Shown: piece after piece, positions 41,951 through 47,646 of the stretch | How positions within the stretch are numbered: the stretch's first letter is position 1 | Layout of the letters: every line of letters begins with the position of its first letter | DNA from: Candidatus Gottesmanbacteria bacterium GW2011_GWA2_43_14 | Lineage (GTDB): Bacteria; Patescibacteriota; Microgenomatia; 2-02-FULL-39-11 | Direction of reading: 5' to 3' | DNA: 47,646 nucleotides | Assembly: GCA_000999095.1 (NCBI GenBank) | Contig: LCFP01000009.1 | Location: 1 to 47,646 of the forward strand | The notes under the pieces: model-generated | The model's database searches: none | What the model saw: only the letters and a program-made list of their open reading frames with translations | What the model was told of the DNA's origin: nothing | Program-made: the position numbers and the translations under genes

Positions 41951-42414
41951 AGACGAAACATAATGCAGCTTTTACTTTAATTGAGATTCTGGTGGCTATT
42001 GCCATCGTGGCTTTGGTGAGTGTCATGGTCTTCCCCAATTTCATCAATATCCGCCAAAAAGCCCGGGATACTAAACGCAAATCGGACATTCTGCAAATTC
42101 AGAAGGCTCTGGAATTATATAAGACAGACCAGTTACCCCCTGCTTATCCTGACGGTAATTTTCTGGAATTCCTGTGCAACCAGTGCTGGTCGCAGAGTGA
42201 GGATTGTACAGGCAATATCTATATGAGAAAAGTGCCCTGTGATCCGGGCACTACAGCTGACATGCCTTATATCTATGTCCGGGATCCGTCGGATGGACTG
42301 AAATATTCATTAAGCGGCTGTTTGGAAAGCACCAGTGATCCTGATGAGGATCCGGTAAGCACAACAGAATGCGCTGATTTGGGGAAGGAGAGTTTTACTG
42401 TTTATGAGCCTTAA
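41947..42414 (+). CDS. Pilin/pseudopilin (GspG-like)
   Basis: A|FTLIEILV; RDTKRKSDI..I..ALELY....YP. Confidence 0.88.
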   Translation: MKTKHNAAFTLIEILVAIAIVALVSVMVFPNFINIRQKARDTKRKSDILQIQKALELYKTDQLPPAYPDGNFLEFLCNQCWSQSEDCTGNIYMRKVPCDPGTTADMPYIYVRDPSDGLKYSLSGCLESTSDPDEDPVSTTECADLGKESFTVYEP

Positions 42415-42823
42415 AAAAAAATACCGGCAGGCTTTCACCTTGATTGAAATAATGGTGGTGGTATCCATTATTGCTCTTTTAATGGCTGTCGGGGTCAGTT
42501 CCATCTCAACTGTCCAGAAAAAAGCCCGGGATGCCAAACGCCGCGCGGATTTAAGGGATATGAAAAATGCCCTGGAGCAGTATTATGCCGTCTGCGGCAA
42601 CCAGTATCCCCTGCCGAACGGTAATACCTACGATCCGGTCGCCTGTGATCCGGGTTCCGGCCAGATCGACATTCTGCCAAACTTGCCACTTGATCCCAAA
42701 ACCAACGATCCTTACTATTGTCCGGATGTGGTAGATGACAATTGCAACCAGAACAGATTTTATTTATGTGCTGATATGGAAACAGAAAGCTCGCCGCAAT
42801 ATTGCGTCAGCAGCCTGCAATAG
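42404..42823 (+). CDS. Pilin/pseudopilin (GspG-like)
   Basis: A|FTLIEIMVV; RDAKRRADL....ALEQY....YP. Confidence 0.88.
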   Translation: MSLKKKYRQAFTLIEIMVVVSIIALLMAVGVSSISTVQKKARDAKRRADLRDMKNALEQYYAVCGNQYPLPNGNTYDPVACDPGSGQIDILPNLPLDPKTNDPYYCPDVVDDNCNQNRFYLCADMETESSPQYCVSSLQ

Positions 42824-42831
42824 GAGATATC

Positions 42832-43233
42832 ATGAAAAGAAAAGGTTTTACCATTATAGAAATATTGGTTTCGGTTGCCCTGATTGCCTTATTATCCACC
42901 ATGGGGGTAACCGGATTCCAGGCAGTTTCCCGCGGAGGACGTGACGCCTTGCGTAAAACGGATCTGGAACAGATCAGAAGCGCCCTGGAGATATTTAAAT
43001 CCGACTACGGATCCTATCCTGATTCGAGCGAAGAATGCCTGCCCGACATCCCGCCGGAATATATCAATAATTATCCTGTCGATCCCAAGAGCGATTACCG
43101 TTACTGTTACAATAAAACATCTCCCCTAACTTATGAATTGTGCGCCCACCTGGAAAACGGAAATGCTGATGATCTCTGCGGTGGCTGGTCTGCCTGTCTT
43201 TCCAACTGCAATTACCAGGTAACTAATCCATAA
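42832..43233 (+). CDS. Pilin/pseudopilin (GspG-like)
   Basis: G|FTIIEILV; RDALRKTDL..I..ALE.F....YP; start ATG 42832 after SD AGGAG. Confidence 0.88.
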   Translation: MKRKGFTIIEILVSVALIALLSTMGVTGFQAVSRGGRDALRKTDLEQIRSALEIFKSDYGSYPDSSEECLPDIPPEYINNYPVDPKSDYRYCYNKTSPLTYELCAHLENGNADDLCGGWSACLSNCNYQVTNP

Positions 43234-43236
43234 AAA

Positions 43237-43743
43237 ATGCCGACTGTCAAAAATGAAGGTTTTACCATTATAGAAATAGTGGTCACCATCGGCATCATAC
43301 TGGTACTATTGGGTATTTCATTCTCAGGTTATGCCACCGTCAGCCGGCGTCAGAAACTGACGACTTCAGGCCAAAATCTGAAAAATATGTTAAGGGATGT
43401 CCAGAGCCGGGCTTACAACGGCGAAGTCGACTGTTCGGTTTGTGACTGTGATGTAGATTCGCAGGTCTTTTTTGAAGGTTGGCTGGTTGATTTTAATAAC
43501 CGTGAATTTTTCGGCAGCTGTAACGGTAACCAGTACTTGTTAACTAAACTAGGTATAGATCCGGAGGTCAATATCTCCGCTAATCCCTGGGTGACTCGCT
43601 TTTCTGATGATCCTCCGGGCATTGATGAAGACTCGGTAATCTGTCTGTATTTAGACGACCTGCCGGGCCGTTTCTACGGAATTAATATCAGCCGCTCAGG
43701 CGATATTTCAGACTCAGGAGGAATTGCAACCAGCTGTCCATGA
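43237..43743 (+). CDS. Minor pilin (FimT/GspH-like)
   Basis: G|FTIIEIVV signal; I.ISRSG.I near the C-terminus. Confidence 0.8.
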   Translation: MPTVKNEGFTIIEIVVTIGIILVLLGISFSGYATVSRRQKLTTSGQNLKNMLRDVQSRAYNGEVDCSVCDCDVDSQVFFEGWLVDFNNREFFGSCNGNQYLLTKLGIDPEVNISANPWVTRFSDDPPGIDEDSVICLYLDDLPGRFYGINISRSGDISDSGGIATSCP

Positions 43744-44204
43744 TGAAAAGATCACAAGACTTGGGGCAAACCATGATTGAAGTCATCGTGGCTTTGACTT
43801 TAATTATTCTATTTTTGTCGGGTGTGGTTATTGTTGAACTGTATGCCATCAGGAATGCTGATTATTCCAGGCATAAAAGCCAGGCTACCCAGCTTGCCAA
43901 GCAGCAGCTGGAACGGGCCAGAGTAGTCAGGGATGCCGGCGGTATCGCTGCTTTGGATATTTGCCAGACAACCTGTTTTATCAATTACATGCTGACGCCC
44001 GTTCCGGTGACGCCGACCGGTCCCTTTGGTCAATCTCTGACTATTGTCGGTGCTTCGTCTTATGATTGTCCGTTGCCGGAGGTGACGGTTATCCCTGAGC
44101 CGCAGTCTTATATGGCGACTGCGGTAGTCGAATGGGGTGAAGGTGCCCAGGTTACTCCGGTACCCAGGGCAGAGCTCTCATCCTGTATTACTGACTGGAG
44201 ATAA
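43740..44204 (+). CDS. Minor pilin (PilV/GspI-like)
   Basis: G|QTMIEVIVAL; A..LA...LE..R; V.W. Confidence 0.8.
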   Translation: MMKRSQDLGQTMIEVIVALTLIILFLSGVVIVELYAIRNADYSRHKSQATQLAKQQLERARVVRDAGGIAALDICQTTCFINYMLTPVPVTPTGPFGQSLTIVGASSYDCPLPEVTVIPEPQSYMATAVVEWGEGAQVTPVPRAELSSCITDWR

Positions 44205-44741
44205 ATGAAATTGTTGATAAAAAAAAACGGCGGCTATTCCTTCATTGAAATGCTGGTCGTCATTACCCTGATTGCCATTTTAGGCACGATCACTTCAGAA
44301 GCATTCATCCTGGGGCTGAAAGCCCAGGGCAAGAGCGAAATTCTCAAGGAAGTCAAGCAAAATGCCGATTATGCCGGCCAGGTTATGGATTCGATGATCA
44401 GGAATGCCGAAAACGTGGATGAAAGCTTGTGCAATGCCAATTCAGAATCATTAACCATCCTGAACCGTGACGGACTGACAACCACTTTTGACTGCAGCAA
44501 TGAGAAATTATCATCAGTCAGCGGCGAATTTCCAGTTCCGACAGTCAGTCAAGCCCTGGTTTCGACCAGGGTCAAGATTGAAGCCTGCAATTTCCGGGTT
44601 ATCTGCCCGACTCCCCCTTTGGCTCCCAAGTATGTCTTGTACAATTTCACCATATCCCAGGCCGGCGGCGGCGACCAGGCAGTTGAAAAGCAGGCTTTTT
44701 TGGAATACCAGACGACCGTCTCGCTTCGCAATTACGAATAA
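44205..44741 (+). CDS. Minor pilin (PilW/GspJ-like)
   Basis: G|YSFIEMLVV; IRNA; C-terminal TTVSLRN. Confidence 0.8.
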   Translation: MKLLIKKNGGYSFIEMLVVITLIAILGTITSEAFILGLKAQGKSEILKEVKQNADYAGQVMDSMIRNAENVDESLCNANSESLTILNRDGLTTTFDCSNEKLSSVSGEFPVPTVSQALVSTRVKIEACNFRVICPTPPLAPKYVLYNFTISQAGGGDQAVEKQAFLEYQTTVSLRNYE

Positions 44742-44788
44742 TTCTTCTGAAACCTGCGCCCCAATTTGATATTATTGGCTAAAGAAAA

Positions 44789-46012
44789 ATGAATATTCTC
44801 CTGGTTAACAAATTTTTTTACCTCCACGGAGGCGTTTCCCGTTATTTTTTTGAGCTGTCCCGGCTATTGACGGAAAAAAAGCACCGGTTGGCTTTTTTCG
44901 CCATGAAAGACGGGAAAAACCTGCCTTCGGATTGGTCCCGCTATTTTGCCAGCTATATCGATTTTGACAGGCCGTCATTATCAGCCGCTTTGCCGGTCCT
45001 TTCAAGGATGTTCTATTCCCGGGAAGCGCGCCGCAAAATTTCAGACCTTTTGGACATCTTTCCGGCTGAGATAGCCCATATCAGGTCCGTCTATCACCAT
45101 CTCTCCCCTTCCCTTCTATTTGAACTTAAAAAAAGAGGCATTCCGGTTGTCCAGACTTTAGGAGACTACCATCTGATCGCTCCCAATTACAGCCTTTTCC
45201 ATGACGGAAAAATTTGCGAAATTACCAAACCGCAAAATTACCACAGGGCGATCCTCCACCGCTGCGTTAAAGGCTCGTATTCAGCCAGCCTGGCTTGTGC
45301 GATCGAGCTTTATCTGCAAACCAAATTCAGGTGGTATGTAAACAATGTCAATTTTTTTATATCCCCCAGCCTCTTTATGAAAAAAAAGCTGGTTGAATAC
45401 GGCCTGCCGCAGGAGAAAATCATCCATCTGCCCCATTTCGTTGACAACCGGAAATACAAAGCGGTTTATGAGGATAGCGGCTACATCCTCTACTTCGGCC
45501 GCCTGTCTCCGGAAAAAGGACTGCTGTTTCTTCTCGAAGTCATGTCAGGGTTGCCTGAAATCAAGCTGAAAATTGCCGGACGCGGGCCGCTCTTGGCCGC
45601 CCTGTCCTCTGCCGTCAGGCGGAAAAAGCTCTCAAATGTCGAGCTGGTTGATTTCAGGGAGGATCGGGAATTGAAAACCCTGATTGCCGGCAGCCGTTTT
45701 GTCGTTTTGCCGTCAGTCTGGTATGAGAATTTCCCCAACTCCCTCCTGGAAGCTGCAGCCGGCGGCAAACCGGCGGCAGCTTCAGACATAGGCGGCATTC
45801 CGGAACTGGTGGAAAACGAACGAACCGGCCTTCTCTTCAAACCGGGCAATTTGCCTGATGCGGTTGATAAAATCAGCCGGCTCTGGCAAAACAAAAAAAT
45901 GGTCCGGCAGCTGGGCAAACAGGCCAGGGAAGCGGCGGTCAAATACTTCAATCCGGAAAAGCACTACTTGAGGTTGATGAATACCTATCAATCCGTTCTC
46001 CGGTCCGGTTGA
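44789..46012 (+). CDS. Glycosyltransferase family 4
   Basis: MNILLVNKF...GG, FGRLSPEKG and PS.WYENFP..LLEA...GKP..SDIGGIPE motifs. Confidence 0.93.
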   Translation: MNILLVNKFFYLHGGVSRYFFELSRLLTEKKHRLAFFAMKDGKNLPSDWSRYFASYIDFDRPSLSAALPVLSRMFYSREARRKISDLLDIFPAEIAHIRSVYHHLSPSLLFELKKRGIPVVQTLGDYHLIAPNYSLFHDGKICEITKPQNYHRAILHRCVKGSYSASLACAIELYLQTKFRWYVNNVNFFISPSLFMKKKLVEYGLPQEKIIHLPHFVDNRKYKAVYEDSGYILYFGRLSPEKGLLFLLEVMSGLPEIKLKIAGRGPLLAALSSAVRRKKLSNVELVDFREDRELKTLIAGSRFVVLPSVWYENFPNSLLEAAAGGKPAAASDIGGIPELVENERTGLLFKPGNLPDAVDKISRLWQNKKMVRQLGKQAREAAVKYFNPEKHYLRLMNTYQSVLRSG

Positions 46013-46037
46013 CGCCTGCTGAATACTGTTATATAAT
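46009..46037 (+). promoter_or_regulatory. Sigma70 promoter of the TA operon
   Basis: TTGACG-17 nt-TATAAT. Confidence 0.7.
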
Positions 46038-46067
46038 CTTAATGTTTTTATAATGTATTCCTAAAGC

Positions 46068-46370
46068 ATGGATTTTATTCAATCGACTTTTATCGGTGCA
46101 TTTGAACTAAGGAAAAATTTATCTGATCTTCTCAGTAAATTACAGAAGAAGAAAACGGAAATTGTGGTTACCCAGAACGGTAAACCGGCTGCCATGTTAT
46201 TGTCGTTGGATAAATACCTGGAGATGAAAGAATTGAATGAGGAGCTTGAGGAAGCCTTAAACGAACTTTCCAACAGGAAATACATCAAGACACTCAAGGG
46301 GGAGGTAGAGATTGTCAGGAGCGGCAAAGGATTGAAAGCCCGTAAATTATTCCAAAAACTCGGACTTTAA
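46068..46370 (+). CDS. Phd/YefM-family antitoxin
   Basis: ELRKNLSDLL...IVVTQNGKPAAMLLS...Y pattern. Confidence 0.88.
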   Translation: MDFIQSTFIGAFELRKNLSDLLSKLQKKKTEIVVTQNGKPAAMLLSLDKYLEMKELNEELEEALNELSNRKYIKTLKGEVEIVRSGKGLKARKLFQKLGL

Positions 46371-46374
46371 AAAT

Positions 46375-46635
46375 ATGTATACAGCTGATCTTACTAAACA
46401 AGCTGTAAAATCCTTCAAAAAAATTCCCAAAGAATTCCAAAAAAAAATTAAAGAAGCGATTTTGAAATTGGAACAAAATCCTTTAACTTCGGGCACAATC
46501 AAACTCGCCAATTATCCGGTAGCTGAGTACCGCAAAAAAGTCGGAGACTATAGTATTCTTTTTGATCTTGATGACGACAAAAAACTGCTGATTATCGCCG
46601 ATATTAAAAGAAGAACCAGCACAACCTATCAATAG
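46375..46635 (+). CDS. RelE/ParE-family toxin
   Basis: A.K.FKK.P....I..AI..L..NP, YR..VGDY.I.F, I..R; 86 aa directly after the antitoxin. Confidence 0.88.
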   Translation: MYTADLTKQAVKSFKKIPKEFQKKIKEAILKLEQNPLTSGTIKLANYPVAEYRKKVGDYSILFDLDDDKKLLIIADIKRRTSTTYQ

Positions 46636-46656
46636 AACAGGTCAATCAGCCCAGTC

Positions 46657-46685
46657 TTGAAAAGACTATAGGCTAGTGATATAGT
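46657..46685 (+). promoter_or_regulatory. Sigma70 promoter
   Basis: TTGAAA-17 nt-TATAGT with TGn extension. Confidence 0.6.
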
Positions 46686-46699
46686 TACCAAAATTTGTT

Positions 46700-47646
46700 A
46701 TGGCAGGAATTACTCAGATCGAAACTCTTCACCATCCGGGTGAACCATTAAGCCGCCGTGAGGCTGGCAAGGTATTTGGAACGACTCCTTTTGCATTCAA
46801 AGTATCTGAAACTGCAGCCAGATTGAAGAGTTTGGGATTACCTGAAGTAGCTCCCGATAAAGGATTAGATTTTATTACGGCCTTTGCAGTAATTTCCGAA
46901 CTTGATATTATTCCCAATTCGCTAAAGCTGGGAATGCAGATAGACGAAAAGTGGACTCCTCAAGATGTAGAGCTAAGTTTCATATCCAGAAATAAGGATC
47001 TGTTACCGGAGCGGACGAGAATTGACAATCCGCAGGCTCACGGTTTTCGGGTCAGGCTCAAATTCACTCAGGGCGGCCGGGATGCCTGGGAAAGCGCAAA
47101 CTATCTGAAAGATTTTATCGCTAATGTGAATACGGCAAAATATGCCTGGGAATTGACAAAGAGCGTCGGACCGGCTGTTGCTGCCACTATATTGTTGGGG
47201 GATGAAAGTAAGAATAGGAAGTCACTGTCTTTGGTTATCGGCCTGACTGTTCTGGGATCGGCAGTCTGGATTAGCAGTGCCTGTAATAATCTTTCCGCTA
47301 CAAATACCAGTGATTCCGGTGTTGAAGCGACAAAGGCGTTAGCTACTCTGGTTGTTGGAGATACGGTAACTACCCCGGAAAGTACTCGGGTGACAGTAGA
47401 AACATTTCCCCTGCCGGAGATAAGCCATGAAAGCAAAACATTGTCAAGGAAATACTTAATTGACAATGCCATGATTGCCCAAAACAGGCAATCCGAACCG
47501 GTCACTTTTCCTCCAAACGGCGATAACGGAGCTAAACATGAAAATGTCGATCTGTCACAAATCCAGTATGCCAATAAAGTATTCGGTGAATTCCGGGAAA
47601 ATTGGAATGATCCGATGTGGGTCATGAAATACCTGGTTTCCCAGGG
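46700..47646 (+). CDS. Hypothetical protein, truncated by window end (absent from ORF track)
   Basis: Frame open from ATG 46700 (MAGITQIETLHHPGEP...) to the end; internal hydrophobic stretch LSLVIGLTVLGSAVWISSAC followed by a Thr/Ser-rich linker; promoter upstream. Confidence 0.75.
   Translation, partial: MAGITQIETLHHPGEPLSRREAGKVFGTTPFAFKVSETAARLKSLGLPEVAPDKGLDFITAFAVISELDIIPNSLKLGMQIDEKWTPQDVELSFISRNKDLLPERTRIDNPQAHGFRVRLKFTQGGRDAWESANYLKDFIANVNTAKYAWELTKSVGPAVAATILLGDESKNRKSLSLVIGLTVLGSAVWISSACNNLSATNTSDSGVEATKALATLVVGDTVTTPESTRVTVETFPLPEISHESKTLSRKYLIDNAMIAQNRQSEPVTFPPNGDNGAKHENVDLSQIQYANKVFGEFRENWNDPMWVMKYLVSQ

Noticed and set aside
47101-47625. 174-aa minus-strand ORF
   Set aside because: Shadow of the longer plus-strand ORF from 46700, which has a promoter.

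Overview
This is a bacterial chromosomal segment. Gene content and style (few Shine-Dalgarno sites, many pilins, a DUF5656-like membrane protein) suggest a Patescibacteria/CPR organism, probably Microgenomates; this assignment is inference. From left to right: the end of an IS481-like element; a His-specific T-box riboswitch with an ultrashort Stem I and an intrinsic terminator; a tRNA-His(GUG) whose discriminator lies 3 nt before the hisG start; and a his operon (hisG-D-C-HAD-B-H-F-I-E, no hisA) converging on hisS. Housekeeping genes follow (M24 peptidase, IMPase, dnaB, hlyC/corC, tRNA-Leu, pepA, MFS, lgt-like, dksA-like, rluA, yebC, MASE1 kinase). A ~1.2 kb mostly non-coding region holds DnaA-box-like motifs and a degenerate ~76-bp-period array of 11-6-11 quasi-palindromes upstream of a XerC/D-type recombinase. 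Then come folD, gyrA, hppA and gyrB, a RAYT/HUH transposase between 39-bp palindromic direct repeats, a holB-like gene, a type IV pilus locus with eight pilin-like genes, a GT4 glycosyltransferase, a Phd/RelE toxin-antitoxin pair and a truncated hypothetical gene. The strongest candidates for new biology are the T-box/tRNA-His/his module and the periodic site array beside xer. All calls come from reading motifs by eye; no searches were run.
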